Part shown: positions 42,538 to 52,308 of the stretch, piece after piece
Position numbering within the stretch: position 1 is the stretch's first letter
How the letters are laid out: each line of letters begins with the position of its first letter
Assembly: GCA_963819005.1 (NCBI GenBank)
Contig: CAWFUL010000012.1
Span: 335,650 to 399,649 of the forward strand
DNA: 64,000 bases
Reading direction: 5' to 3'
Source of the DNA: an uncultured Pseudomonadota bacterium
GTDB taxonomy: Bacteria; Pseudomonadota; Alphaproteobacteria; Acetobacterales; Acetobacteraceae
Position numbers and translations under genes: made by a program
The notes under the pieces: model-generated
Databases searched by the model: none
The model's input: only the letters and a program-made list of their open reading frames with translations
What the model was told of the DNA's origin: nothing

Positions 42538-42655
42538 GGCATCCTCGCTTTGGTTTCTGGTCGTCAAAATGGTGCGGCAGGGTCACCCACCGAGGATGGA
42601 AAGGCAAGGGGCGCGCTCCTTGCGAGCCCTCCGCGACAGCCCAAACAGCAGGCAA

Positions 42656-43984
42656 TCAGTCCGGAAAAAATCTGTTCTTCGGGCGTGGCAGTCCCAGATT
42701 TTCTCTTAATGTCGTTCCCTCATACTCGGTCCGGAACAATCCGCGCCGTTGCAGTTCGGGGACAACCTGGTCCACGAAATCGTCCAGCCCACCCGGCACA
42801 TAGGGGAACATGACATTGAACCCGTCGCTGGCGTCGGTAAACAGCCACTCCTGCATCTCATCGGCAATCTGCGCCGGTGTCCCGACCATCGACAACCCAC
42901 CGTAACTGCCGGCGATTTGGGCAAGTTGCCGCACCGTCAGGTTCTCCCGCCGCGCCCGTTCGATCACGCGTTGGCGGCTGCTTTTGCTTGCGTTGCTCTC
43001 CGGAATCTCCGGCAGCGGCCCATCCAGATCGAAGCCTGATGCGTCCGTCCCCAGCGCAATCGACAGCGAGGCAATCCCGCTGTCGGGGTGGACCAGGCTG
43101 TCCAGCAGGTCTTTCTTCCGCTGCGCCTCCTGCTTCGTTTCGCCAACAACCACCAGCGCGCCAGGCAATATTTTCAAATGATCCGGGTCGCGCCCGAGCT
43201 TCACCATCCGTCCCTTTACGTCGGAATAGAAATCGCGGGCCAGGGCAATGGGTCCGCCGGCGGCGAACACCATCTCAGCGGTTTCCGCCGCGATCTGTTT
43301 CCCGGCCTCGGAGGCGCCGGCCTGCACAATGACCGGCCACCCCTGCACCGGACGCGCATGATTGAGCGGCCCGCGCACCTTAAAGTTCTCCCCGGCGTGG
43401 TTCAGAACGTGCAGCTTCGCTGGATCAAAGAAGATCCCGCTCTCCTGATCACGCACCCAGGCATCATCCGCCCAGCTGTCCCACAGCCCCGTTACGACCT
43501 CGTAAAACTCACGCCCACGGTCGTAGCGTTCGCCATGGTCCATGTGCTCGTCGAAGCCAAAGTTCAACGCTGCGTCGGGGTTGGAGGTGGTAACCAGGTT
43601 CCACCCTGCCCGGCCGTTGCTTATGTGATCCAGAGAGGCGAATTTGCGGGCGATATGGTAGGGATCGTTGAAGGTTGTCGACGCCGTGGCGATCAGGCCA
43701 ATCCGCTCCGTCACCACTGCCAGTGCCGGCAGCAACGTCATTGGGTCGAACGAGGTATTCGTGGCGCTCCGCTTCAGCGCCGACATCGGCATGTTCAGCA
43801 CCGCCAGATGATCGGCCATGAAGAACGCGTCGAACCTGCCCCGTTCCAATGTCTGAGCAAACCGGGCCAAGTGCTTGAAATTGAAGTTCGCGTCCGGCCA
43901 GGCGCCCGGATACCGCCACCACGCGGTGTGGATCCCCACCGGACGCATGAACGCGCCCAGCCGCAACATCTTCCGCTCGGACAT
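42656..43984 (-). CDS. NtaA/SnaA/DszA-type LLM flavin-dependent monooxygenase
   Basis: LRLGAFMRPVGIHTAWWRYPGAW..., SNGRAGWNLVTT, and 442 aa, typical of this family. Confidence 0.85.
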   Translation of the reverse strand: MSERKMLRLGAFMRPVGIHTAWWRYPGAWPDANFNFKHLARFAQTLERGRFDAFFMADHLAVLNMPMSALKRSATNTSFDPMTLLPALAVVTERIGLIATASTTFNDPYHIARKFASLDHISNGRAGWNLVTTSNPDAALNFGFDEHMDHGERYDRGREFYEVVTGLWDSWADDAWVRDQESGIFFDPAKLHVLNHAGENFKVRGPLNHARPVQGWPVIVQAGASEAGKQIAAETAEMVFAAGGPIALARDFYSDVKGRMVKLGRDPDHLKILPGALVVVGETKQEAQRKKDLLDSLVHPDSGIASLSIALGTDASGFDLDGPLPEIPESNASKSSRQRVIERARRENLTVRQLAQIAGSYGGLSMVGTPAQIADEMQEWLFTDASDGFNVMFPYVPGGLDDFVDQVVPELQRRGLFRTEYEGTTLRENLGLPRPKNRFFPD

Positions 43985-44046
43985 CGGCAGCCCCTTCGTT
44001 GACCGGCCGATGCTAGCAGGACTCGGTGTCCGGGCTAAGGGCTTGG

Positions 44047-44400
44047 CTAGCCGATCGCCAGCAGTTCCACGTCGAACACGAGGGTCGCGTTCGGCGGGAT
44101 CACGCCGCCCGCCCCGCGCGCGCCGTAGCCCAAATGCGGCGGGATGACGAGCGTGCGGGTGCTGCCGCCGAGCGTCATGCCAGCGACGCCCTGGTCCCAG
44201 CCCTGGATCACCTGGCCGGCGCCAAGGGCAAACTGGAATGGCTCGCCGCGATCACGGGAGCTGTCAAATTTGCGGCCCTTGTTGTCGGCCGCATCAGAAT
44301 CGAACAACCAGCCGGTGTAGTGAACCGCCACCGTGTCGCCCGCCTTGGCTGCTGCGCCCGGCCCTGTGGTATGGTCGATGATTGTCAGGTCCTGGTCCAT
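44047..44400 (-). CDS. FKBP-type peptidyl-prolyl cis-trans isomerase
   Basis: VHYTGWLFD...[31 protein letters not shown]...IPPHLGYG. Confidence 0.9.
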   Translation of the reverse strand: MDQDLTIIDHTTGPGAAAKAGDTVAVHYTGWLFDSDAADNKGRKFDSSRDRGEPFQFALGAGQVIQGWDQGVAGMTLGGSTRTLVIPPHLGYGARGAGGVIPPNATLVFDVELLAIG

Positions 44401-44491
44401 GCGTCAGCCTTTCGTTTCCGTACCATGGCGAGCGCCGCCAGATTTCCGGGCGGGTGATATCGCGGCGCGACGGGGGACGCAAATCCGTGGG

Positions 44492-45526
44492 TTAACGAAC
44501 CCGTGGGATAACCTTCTCCGCGAAGCGTTGCATCTCCGCTTCAAACGGCTGGAATTGCAGCATGAACAGTTCGATGCCGGCCTGATGGAAGGTCTTAATC
44601 CGAGCAGCGACGGTGTCGTAGCTGCCGACCAGGCCGGCCGCGGTTCCGCCATTGCTGCCGACCCGCGGCGTTTTGGTCATGGTCTGCGCCATCACGGAAT
44701 ACGGATCTGTGTTGGCCCGTTGCACGGCCCGGACGGGGGCATCCAGCGTCGCCAATGCGAAGAGCCGATCCAGCGCCGCTTGCGCCTCGGCTTCGGTTTC
44801 CCGGGCGATAACGAAGGCCGACAGGCCGAACCGCAACGGCGGCCCGACCCGGGGCCTTGTGGCGACATCGGCGATCAGCGCTCGCACGTCCTGTAGAGGT
44901 TGGCCGTTGATGAACCAGACATCGCCCCGGTCCGAGACCAATGCGCGGGCGGGTTCCGATTCGCCACCGACATAAATCAGCGGCCGGGCGCGGTAGGGAT
45001 CGGCCGGACGCAAGGAATAGTCCTGAACATTGAAATATTCGCCGCGGAACGAAACTGTTTCGCCGCGCATCAGAGGCTCAACGACGGAGATCCATTCCCG
45101 CCCGTAAGCGTATCGCTCGTCGTGCGGCGCAAACCCGATACCGGCCTTGTCCAATTCCGGCATGTTCCACGCGTTGACAAGATTGATCGCGAAACGGCCG
45201 CGGCTGATATGCTCGATCTGCAGCGCCATCTTCGCCAGGACGACGGGGTGATACAGATAGGGTTTGATCGCGGTGATGATCTCGATGCGGCTTGTCACCG
45301 CGGCCAGGGCAGCCGACGACGTCCAGGCCTCCAGTTGGTCGGCCGGCGCGTGGTGCGGGTTTATGGTGTGCTGCGCCACCAGCGTGCTGTCGTAGCCTAG
45401 CCGCTCCGCCTGTTGCACCAGCGCCTGGTTACGTTCCCACGACGCGTCATACGGCTCCTCCGGGTCCTGCAGCGCCGCTCGGCTGCCGTGCACCAGAGCC
45501 CAGATACCGAAACGAATTCCTGGCAT
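44492..45526 (-). CDS. LLM-class flavin-dependent oxidoreductase
   Basis: MPGIRFGIWALVHG...GYDSTLVAQH..., GRFAINLVNAW. The start was trimmed from ORF 44492..46042 to the ATG at 45526. Confidence 0.8.
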   Translation of the reverse strand: MPGIRFGIWALVHGSRAALQDPEEPYDASWERNQALVQQAERLGYDSTLVAQHTINPHHAPADQLEAWTSSAALAAVTSRIEIITAIKPYLYHPVVLAKMALQIEHISRGRFAINLVNAWNMPELDKAGIGFAPHDERYAYGREWISVVEPLMRGETVSFRGEYFNVQDYSLRPADPYRARPLIYVGGESEPARALVSDRGDVWFINGQPLQDVRALIADVATRPRVGPPLRFGLSAFVIARETEAEAQAALDRLFALATLDAPVRAVQRANTDPYSVMAQTMTKTPRVGSNGGTAAGLVGSYDTVAARIKTFHQAGIELFMLQFQPFEAEMQRFAEKVIPRVR

Positions 45527-45658
45527 GACGGACGCCCCGTTTGCTCCTGGAAAGCAGCATGCCCCTGAACCGCTGTGGCCGGAACCCCTCTCGCTGGAGC
45601 CCCTCTGGCCGGAACCGCCGCTGCCGCGATACGCTTGAGCGATCAGGAGGACAGGACG

Positions 45659-46405
45659 ATGGACCAGGAACTCGCCGAACTCGCGCGCCTGATCGATGCC
45701 GCCGATCGCATCGTGCTTTTTACCGGCGCCGGCATCAGCACGGAATCCGGCATCCCGGACTTCCGCAGCCCTGGCGGCACCTGGACCAAGCAGCGCCCGA
45801 TCGATTTTTCCGACTTCATGCGCTCTGACGAGGCGCGGCGCGAAACCTGGCGCCGCCGCTTCGACATGGAGCCGATCCTGCGCAAGGCCGCCCCGAACCG
45901 CGGGCACCGCGCCGTCGCCGAACTGATCCGAACCGAGAAAGCCGCCGCGGTCATCACCCAGAACATTGACGGGCTGCATCAGGATTCCGGTATCCCCGAC
46001 GACAAGGTGATCGAACTGCACGGGAACACCACCTACGCCCACTGCCTGGAATGCGGCATCCGCTACGAGATCGCTGCCCTGCGCGTGGATTTCGAAAGCG
46101 ACCGCATCGTCCCGTCCTGCGCGTGCGGCGGCTGGGTCAAGACCGCCACGGTTTCCTTTGGCCAGTCGATGCCGATCAACGAAATGCGCCGAGCGGAACG
46201 GGAGACCTTGCTCGCCGACCTGTTCATTTCCATCGGCTCGTCGCTGGTCGTCTACCCTGCCGCCGGCTTTCCCGAACTGGCCAAGCGCAACGGGTCACAA
46301 CTGGTGATCATCAACCTGCAGCCGACGGGATTGGACGAGATCGCCGATCTGGTTCTGAACCGTCCGATCGGCGAGACGCTTGGTGCCGTGACAGGCGTTC
46401 CGTAA
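45659..46405 (+). CDS. cobB: NAD-dependent protein deacylase (Sir2 family)
   Basis: GAGISTESGIPDFRSPGG, QNIDGLH, and zinc ribbon CLEC...CACGG. The start was trimmed to the ATG at 45659. Confidence 0.85.
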   Translation: MDQELAELARLIDAADRIVLFTGAGISTESGIPDFRSPGGTWTKQRPIDFSDFMRSDEARRETWRRRFDMEPILRKAAPNRGHRAVAELIRTEKAAAVITQNIDGLHQDSGIPDDKVIELHGNTTYAHCLECGIRYEIAALRVDFESDRIVPSCACGGWVKTATVSFGQSMPINEMRRAERETLLADLFISIGSSLVVYPAAGFPELAKRNGSQLVIINLQPTGLDEIADLVLNRPIGETLGAVTGVP

Positions 46406-46410
46406 CGCCG

Positions 46411-47577
46411 TCAATACGACTTCGGCAGATCCAGCACCCGCTCGGCGATATAGCAAAGCACCAGTTCCCGGCTCACCGGCGCAAGCCGTGGCAGCATGCT
46501 CTCGCGGAACAGCCGTTCGACATGGTACTCCTGCGCGTAGCCCATCCCGCCGTGTGTCATCACAGCCTGTTCGGCGGCGCGATAGCCGGCCTCGGCCGCC
46601 AGGTATTTCGCCGCGTTCGCCTCGGCGCCGCACTCCTGCCCGCTGTCGTAGAGCCACGCCGCTTTCAGCATCACGAGGTTGGCCGCTTCGAGTTCGGCCC
46701 AGTTCTTAGCCAGCGGATGCTGCACGCCCTGGTTCTGACCGATCGGTCTTCCGAACACGACCCGTTCCTTCGCGTAGCGCGTCGCCCGAGCAAGTGCGGC
46801 CCGGCCGATTCCTACGGCCTCGGCGGCGATCAGCACACGTTCCGGGTTCAAACCGTGTATCAGGGCCTTGAAGCCTTCGCCTTCCTCGCCGATCCGGTTT
46901 TCCACCGGGATGGGCATGTTCTCGAAGAACACCATGTTCGAATCGACCGCGTGACGACCCATCTTGTGGATCAGCCTGACATCGGCATGCGTCCGATCCA
47001 GATCCGTATAGAACAGCGTCATGCCGTGCGACTTGCGCTTGACCTTGTCCAACGGCGTCGTGCGAGCCAGCAGCAGGATCTTGTTCGCCACCTGGGCGGT
47101 CGAGGTCCAAATCTTTGTCCCATTTATCAGGTAGTGATCGCCATGCAGGTCCGCCCGCGTGGTGATTTCCGTGGTGTTCAGACCGGCGTTCGGTTCCGTC
47201 ACGCCGAAGCAGGTCTTGTCCTTGCCCTGAATGATCGGTGGCAGCATGCGCTGCTTCTGAGCTTCGGTGCCATACACCACCACGGGATTCAGCCCGAAGA
47301 TGTTCATGTGGATGGCGCTCGCGCCACTCATGGCGGCGCCGGATTCCGCCACCGCCTGGGCCATGATTGCAGCCTCGCTGATGCCCAGGCCCGCGCCGCC
47401 ATAGGCTTCCGGCATGGCTATGCCCAGCCAGTTGCCGGCCGCCATCGCGTCGTAGAATTCGATGGGGAAGCTTGCCTCGTTCTCGTGCTTCAGCCAGTAC
47501 TGGTCGTCGAACTTCGCACAGAGGCGCACAATCTCGTCACGGATTTGTTGTTGAACGTCACTCAGCGCGAAATCCAT
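46411..47577 (-). CDS. acyl-CoA dehydrogenase
   Basis: MDFALSDVQQQIRDEI..., FGVTEPNAGLNT, IGEEGEGFK, and a C-terminal YIAERVL. Confidence 0.9.
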   Translation of the reverse strand: MDFALSDVQQQIRDEIVRLCAKFDDQYWLKHENEASFPIEFYDAMAAGNWLGIAMPEAYGGAGLGISEAAIMAQAVAESGAAMSGASAIHMNIFGLNPVVVYGTEAQKQRMLPPIIQGKDKTCFGVTEPNAGLNTTEITTRADLHGDHYLINGTKIWTSTAQVANKILLLARTTPLDKVKRKSHGMTLFYTDLDRTHADVRLIHKMGRHAVDSNMVFFENMPIPVENRIGEEGEGFKALIHGLNPERVLIAAEAVGIGRAALARATRYAKERVVFGRPIGQNQGVQHPLAKNWAELEAANLVMLKAAWLYDSGQECGAEANAAKYLAAEAGYRAAEQAVMTHGGMGYAQEYHVERLFRESMLPRLAPVSRELVLCYIAERVLDLPKSY

Positions 47578-47698
47578 GGCTTGGCCCTCTTGCTTGCGAC
47601 GCGCCCGGGTTCCAGGTCCCGGCTTTCGTCGCGGCATCGTCTAGCCTTAGCGCCAGAACGTCCCATAGCCAATCCTGCCACCACCACGGAGACGATCG

Positions 47699-48061
47699 AT
47701 GGCGCTATTCTCGAAACTGTTCGGTGCGGCCTCTTCTGGCCCGGTTCAGTGGCTGGACCCGGACGACCTGACGGCAATGCTTTCCGGCACGCCTGCCCCT
47801 TTGATCATCGACGTCCGCGGACCGGATGAGTTCACCGGCCCGCTTGGCCATATCGAGACCGCCCGCAACATCCCGCTTGATCAGCTCGCCGCGCACGCAC
47901 CAGACCTGCTCCAGGCGAGCCAGCCCCTCGTGATGGTCTGCCACACCGATCGCCGGTCCGCCGCCGCGGCGCAGAAACTTGCGTCACTTGGCGTGGAGAA
48001 GGTTCACGTCTTGCGCGGCGGCATGGTCGCCTGGCGGACGAGGCCCGATCAGCCTGCCTGA
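47699..48061 (+). CDS. rhodanese-like domain protein
   Basis: LIIDVRGPDEF..., with active-site loop CHTDRRS. Confidence 0.8.
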   Translation: MALFSKLFGAASSGPVQWLDPDDLTAMLSGTPAPLIIDVRGPDEFTGPLGHIETARNIPLDQLAAHAPDLLQASQPLVMVCHTDRRSAAAAQKLASLGVEKVHVLRGGMVAWRTRPDQPA

Positions 48062-49626
48062 GCCACCGCCGCCGACCATGGCGAGGCCGCGTCGCTGATC
48101 CCCTGCCGTGACCCGTCGGCGTGCTGGACGATGACATTCGGGCAGGCGAAGTTGATCGGCATGACGCCGTGCTCGACCGGTTCGGTGGGACCATCGGCAG
48201 ACAGGGCCCCGATGACCTCGGGCGGCAGGCGCAGGTCGGCGGAGACGCCATCCGGGCCGGAAACGTCGATGCGGGGGTGATGAGCGGCTTGGTCCAGTGT
48301 CATGCCGAAGTCGGCGACAAAGGTCATCACCTGCGCCACGGCCGCGAGGATCCGCCTGCCGCCCGAAGCACCCATTGCCAGCCACGGCCGGTCGCCGTCC
48401 TTCAGGATGATCGGCGACATGTTCGTCAGTGGCCGCTTGCCGCCGGCGATCGAGTTCGGCTGGTTCGGCCGTGGATCGAACCACATCACCCCGTTATTCA
48501 TCAGGATGCCCGTCCGGGGCAGCACCACGCGGCTGCCCATCGACGAGAGCAGCGTGGTGGTCATCGCCACCATCGTGCCCTCCTGATCACAGACGGTCAG
48601 GTGCGTTGTGCAGGTCTCCGCCGCCAGAGGATCGGCATCGCCAAGGCCAGAGAGGCGTTCGGCGTAGGCAGTTTTCATAGCCCGGGCGAAGGCGACGTAC
48701 CAGGCTGGGTCCGGAGTGGCACCGTACCAGACGCCGCGCATCTGCTCCAGCACGCGCATCATCGTCGGTGCCGCCGTCAGGCCAGAAGCCATCTGCAGCG
48801 TGCGCCCGCGCCATGCCATCTCGGTTGCCGCCACTACCCGTGCCTTGCATTGCGCAAGGTCATCGGCTGACAGCGCGCCCTCCATATCCTTGACGTCGGC
48901 AACAATGGCGGCAGCAACATCGCCTTCATACTGGTCGCGCAGACCGACGCGGGCCAGATGCTCCAGCGTGTCGGCCAGCGCCCCTTGCTGGAAGAATCCC
49001 GGCGTTCCCTGGTACGGCGCAACCGGCGGCAAGCCATCGGGCAGATAAATCCGGGCGCTTTCCGGATACTTCCGCAACACCGAGGCCGAAGACCCGATCT
49101 TCAGTGTCGTGTACCAGTCCTGGGGCAATCCGCGCCGAGCCAGTGCGATCGCCGGCGCCATGACCTCGTTCAACGGCAGCTTTCCCCATGCCGCATGCAT
49201 ATGGTGGTACCCGGCCGCCGAGGACGGGACCGCGAACGACAACGGTCCATGTATATTGGCGTCGCCTTCTACCTCCGGCCAGGCGAACAGGTCCTGCTTC
49301 ATCCGCCCGGTCAGCTTGAACCGACCCGGATTGAGGTCGCGCGGCGCCACCGGGCCGAAATCCACGACGTCTGCTTTTGCTTGCCCTGCCCGGTGCACCA
49401 GCGCAAACCCGATGCCGCCGAGCCCGGAGTTCCAGGGCTCCGCTGTCGCTAGCGCGAGCGCCGTTGCGACAGCCGCGTCCACCGCGTTTCCCCCGGCATC
49501 CAGGATCGCCACCCCCGCCTCCGCCGCGCCTTTCACCTGCGACACAACGATCCCGCGCCGTCCGCTTGCCGAGGGTTTCGACAGGCTCCAGTTCTGCGTG
49601 ACATGGGGTGATGGGACGAAATTCAT
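48049..49626 (-). CDS. ggt: gamma-glutamyltransferase family protein
   Basis: GGNAVDAAVATALAL, autoprocessing region TTHLTVCD, GASGGRRI. The start is at the ATG at 49626 (49647 is an alternative). No obvious signal peptide. Confidence 0.85.
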   Translation of the reverse strand: MNFVPSPHVTQNWSLSKPSASGRRGIVVSQVKGAAEAGVAILDAGGNAVDAAVATALALATAEPWNSGLGGIGFALVHRAGQAKADVVDFGPVAPRDLNPGRFKLTGRMKQDLFAWPEVEGDANIHGPLSFAVPSSAAGYHHMHAAWGKLPLNEVMAPAIALARRGLPQDWYTTLKIGSSASVLRKYPESARIYLPDGLPPVAPYQGTPGFFQQGALADTLEHLARVGLRDQYEGDVAAAIVADVKDMEGALSADDLAQCKARVVAATEMAWRGRTLQMASGLTAAPTMMRVLEQMRGVWYGATPDPAWYVAFARAMKTAYAERLSGLGDADPLAAETCTTHLTVCDQEGTMVAMTTTLLSSMGSRVVLPRTGILMNNGVMWFDPRPNQPNSIAGGKRPLTNMSPIILKDGDRPWLAMGASGGRRILAAVAQVMTFVADFGMTLDQAAHHPRIDVSGPDGVSADLRLPPEVIGALSADGPTEPVEHGVMPINFACPNVIVQHADGSRQGISDAASPWSAAVAQAG

Positions 49627-49714
49627 CTGCGCCTCGCTGCCTGACATCCAACATTGAAAGCATAGGCTATCACGCGCAAATGCCGAAATCGCGGGCGCAC
49701 TGTCCTGGCGCCGC

Positions 49715-50461
49715 GTGTGGTCCCTGACGTATCCTGTGATGATGTTGCAGACCCAGTCAGTCTCTCCCTTCACCCCGGTGGCCAGGGCGCTGGCACAACT
49801 CGACGACCCCGTCTTCCTGGGCGTGGTGGCCCGCAGCGTTGGCTGGTCGCTGCTGTGCTTTGCTGCGCTTCACATTGGTACAATTTGGATGGTGCATCGG
49901 CTGCTGGATCTGCACGGATGGATCGCCTGGACCGTCGATGTATTTGGATCTATCGCCGCCTCTTTGCTCGCGCTCTGGTTGTTCCTGCCGGTCGCCGCGG
50001 CGATCGGCACCCTCTACTTCGACCGAATCGCCTTTGCAGTAGAGCGCCGGTTCTACCCCTGGATGTCGCCGCCCCGCGGCGCGCCGATGACCGAACAGGT
50101 TTGGGACGGTATCGCGGTGGCCCTTCGGGTGCTGTTGCTCAGCATCGTGGCATTGGTTCTGGCGTTGATGCTGCCGGGTGTCGGCTTGCTGCTGGGCTGG
50201 CTGGTTTCATCCTACGCCATCGGGCGGGGATTGTTCGTTGCCGCCGCGATGCGCCGCATGCCCCAATTCGCCGCCGAGTCGCTGTATCGAGACCAGCGCG
50301 GGGCCGTTTTGGTGGTGGGCGCGATCCTGGCTGCGGTTTCGTATATACCGTTCGCCAATCTGCTGATCCCTGTCCTCGGCACGGCTGCCATGGTGCATGT
50401 TCTGGACGCCGCTTTATCCGCGCTGGATGCAAAAGGCCATGGCGACGGCACAACGGTATGA
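49715..50461 (+). CDS. EI24/CysZ-like (DUF540-type) membrane protein
   Basis: Four to five TM helices with the family-like pattern (LLPGVGLLLGWLVSSYAIGRGLF, IPFANLLIPVLGTAAMVH). The start may be at 49739. Confidence 0.5.
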   Translation: MWSLTYPVMMLQTQSVSPFTPVARALAQLDDPVFLGVVARSVGWSLLCFAALHIGTIWMVHRLLDLHGWIAWTVDVFGSIAASLLALWLFLPVAAAIGTLYFDRIAFAVERRFYPWMSPPRGAPMTEQVWDGIAVALRVLLLSIVALVLALMLPGVGLLLGWLVSSYAIGRGLFVAAAMRRMPQFAAESLYRDQRGAVLVVGAILAAVSYIPFANLLIPVLGTAAMVHVLDAALSALDAKGHGDGTTV

Positions 50462-50551
50462 CACCGTATCAATAGGAAATGTCGAAACCGCCTGTTGTTC
50501 GGTTGCCGCACCCTATGGTAGGCACGCCTCGTTCCAACCGGGTAGCGTCAA

Positions 50552-51241
50552 GTGTTCAAGCGCCGAAAACCAAATGAATCGAATCCAGACGGGTCGGACC
50601 CGTCGTTGCCGGCTGACCTCAGCATGTTGCCCGCGGAGTCCAAGATCGATTCTGTCCTGGAGTCTCTTCTGCCGCCGGAGGACGCACCGACATCCGCTCC
50701 GGATAACGGCCTCGGTGTTCCCCCTTTCCGCCCCGCTCCGATCAAGGATGCGCCAAACATGTCCAGACCGCCTTTTTCTCCCGCTACACCCGCGGCTCCT
50801 GCGCCGGTCGCCAACCCGGTTCGGCCTGGGATGACGGCGCCTCGTCCGCCGGCGCGTGATCCGGCAGAACGCCGGACGCTTGTCGTTGGCCGCGGCATCA
50901 GCGTTCAAGGGACGGTGCAGGATGCGGAGCGTCTGGTGGTGGAAGGCACTGTCGAAGCGAGCATGATCCACGCCACGGAACTTGCGATCGCGCCGGGCGG
51001 GATCTTCAAGGGCGAAATCGAAGTCGAGGACGCCGAGATTGCCGGAACGATCGACGGCACGCTTCTGGCGCGCGGGGCGCTCATCGTCCGTGCGAGCGGC
51101 CGCGTGCTTGGCACCGCCCGTTGCCGCCGCCTGCAGGTCGAGGATGGCGGCCAGATCACCGGGCGGATCGAGATGATCACGGATCAGCCCCAGTCCGACA
51201 TCCCCCCACGCCAGCAGTCAGTTGTTGAGCCGGTCGTTTAG
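50552..51241 (+). CDS. bactofilin family cytoskeletal protein with long Pro-rich N-terminal extension
   Basis: C-terminal beta-helical repeat region (VVGRGISVQGTVQDAERLVVEGTVEASMIHATELAIAPGGIFKGEIEVEDAEIAGTIDG...). Confidence 0.8.
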   Translation: MFKRRKPNESNPDGSDPSLPADLSMLPAESKIDSVLESLLPPEDAPTSAPDNGLGVPPFRPAPIKDAPNMSRPPFSPATPAAPAPVANPVRPGMTAPRPPARDPAERRTLVVGRGISVQGTVQDAERLVVEGTVEASMIHATELAIAPGGIFKGEIEVEDAEIAGTIDGTLLARGALIVRASGRVLGTARCRRLQVEDGGQITGRIEMITDQPQSDIPPRQQSVVEPVV

Positions 51242-51263
51242 GCATCCACAAGTGACTAATCTC

Positions 51264-51304
51264 GCAGGCGGCCCGGCACATCCCGGCCGTCTGCGGGCGC
51301 TTTC
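51264..51304 (+). terminator. imperfect hairpin after the bactofilin gene (possible terminator)
   Basis: GCAGGCGGCCCGG / cacatc / CCGGCCGTCTGC, with one mismatch and one bulge, followed by GGGCGCTTTCC (weak T-tract). Confidence 0.3.
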
Positions 51305-51552
51305 CCTGAACGAATCATGTCAGGAATGCCTCCCCTGTTCGATGGCTTGAAGCCGATCGTGGGGACTTGAACTTCTTTCCCATTGACCAGGTGGTTTATT
51401 GCGGGTGCAACGATTGGCACCGGCGAAAACTGCACCAGGCTCGTCAGAGTTCCCATTAGGGTGGTCAGGTTGCTGGGTCTGATGCTTCACCCGCTGCCGA
51501 TCGGTTCGGCTGGTTGGGTCACATGCCGCTGTCGGTATTGATTGCAATATCC

Positions 51553-51599
51553 GGCAGGCACGGCTTCGTCCGTGCAGCGTGCCTGCCTCCAGTCAGGAG
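51553..51599 (+). promoter_or_regulatory. structured 5' leader of hsp20 (10-bp perfect hairpin plus a short helix that could pair with the SD)
   Basis: GGCAGGCACG (51553-51562) pairs with CGTGCCTGCC (51578-51587). CUCC (51587-51590) can pair with the GGAG of SD AGGAG (51595-51599). Confidence 0.3.
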
Positions 51600-51608
51600 T
51601 CAACAACG

Positions 51609-52099
51609 ATGGCTCTGACAGTCATGATCCCGTCTCCGCCCGTGGCCGGTGCCTTGCGCCCGGGTTCCGCGAGGAGCGTGATCCATTCATCGCCATTCAT
51701 CGTGACATGAACCGGTGGCTGGACGACTTCACGCGCGGCTTTGGTTTCCCCGCGATTGGCCGCACAAGCTGGAGCAGTTCCTGGCCGCATGTGGAAGTCA
51801 GCGAGATGGATACTGTAGTGAAAGTCGCCGCTGAACTTCCCGGCGCGGAAGAAAAGAACCTGGGTTTGTCCCTGCACGATGGCGTTCTGACCATCACGGG
51901 CGAGAAGACGTCCAGGACCGAGGGCGCGCTTTATTCCGAACACTGGCAAGGGCAGTTCCAGCGGTCGATACAGGTCGGCCCGAATGTCGACCCTGACAAA
52001 CTCACGGCCACGTTCAAGAATGGCGTCCTGTCGGTCGCATTGGCCAAGCGGCCGGACACTGCAGCAGCGGTCAAGCGCATTCCCCTCGCCGCCGGGTAA
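51609..52099 (+). pseudogene. Hsp20/alpha-crystallin small heat-shock protein, probable frame shift just after the start
   Basis: ORF 51542..52099 holds the ACD (HVEVSEMDTVVKVAAELPGAEEKNLGLSLHDGVLTITGEK...) but has no ATG or SD. A perfect AGGAG-N9-ATG at 51609 (MALTVMIPS...) is in the adjacent frame. The two frames meet around 51631-51640 and behave as a 1-nt deletion. Confidence 0.65.
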
Positions 52100-52133
52100 T
52101 GTCCCCTCGGTCCCGCGGCGGTCTCGAGCGATC

Positions 52134-52160
52134 AGCGGCGCCGGCACCTGCGCCGCTTTT
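52134..52160 (+). terminator. rho-independent terminator candidate after hsp20
   Basis: AGCGGCGC / cggcacct / GCGCCGCT (8-bp perfect stem) followed by TTTT. Confidence 0.5.
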
Positions 52161-52308
52161 GCGACGGTGCGCACCGATCGGGCCGCTAACCTGATCCTTT
52201 CGTTGATTTAACCTGCCGAGCCGTTGGTTGGTCCCCGTAGACGCTTGAAATCAGGCGACGATTTATCCAGACTAGGTGCGTTCTTGTTGATCAAGGAGAG
52301 TATGGACG

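Noticed and set aside
45659-46405. Sir2-domain protein considered as part of an anti-phage (Thoeris/DSR-like) system.
   Set aside because: It is a compact sirtuin with the canonical NAD pocket and Zn ribbon. It has no fused or adjacent effector or sensor genes; its neighbours are an LLM oxidoreductase and an acyl-CoA dehydrogenase. That fits a housekeeping CobB-type deacylase.
48033-48049. 17-nt exact repeat GGCGGACGAGGCCCGAT at 48033-48049 and 53013-53029.
   Set aside because: It is a single short GC-rich match. One copy lies inside the rhodanese coding sequence and the flanks differ. This is within what chance can give in 64 kb of biased composition.
51256-51456. 66-aa minus-strand ORF in the bactofilin-hsp20 spacer.
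   Set aside because: It has no SD and no recognisable family, and its 3' part is encoded by the hairpin sequence after the bactofilin gene. It is kept only as a weak possibility.
51538-51551. TTGATTGCAATATC upstream of hsp20 as a fourth FNR/FixK box.
   Set aside because: Only the left half-site matches; the right half (ATATC) does not match ATCAA or TCAA.
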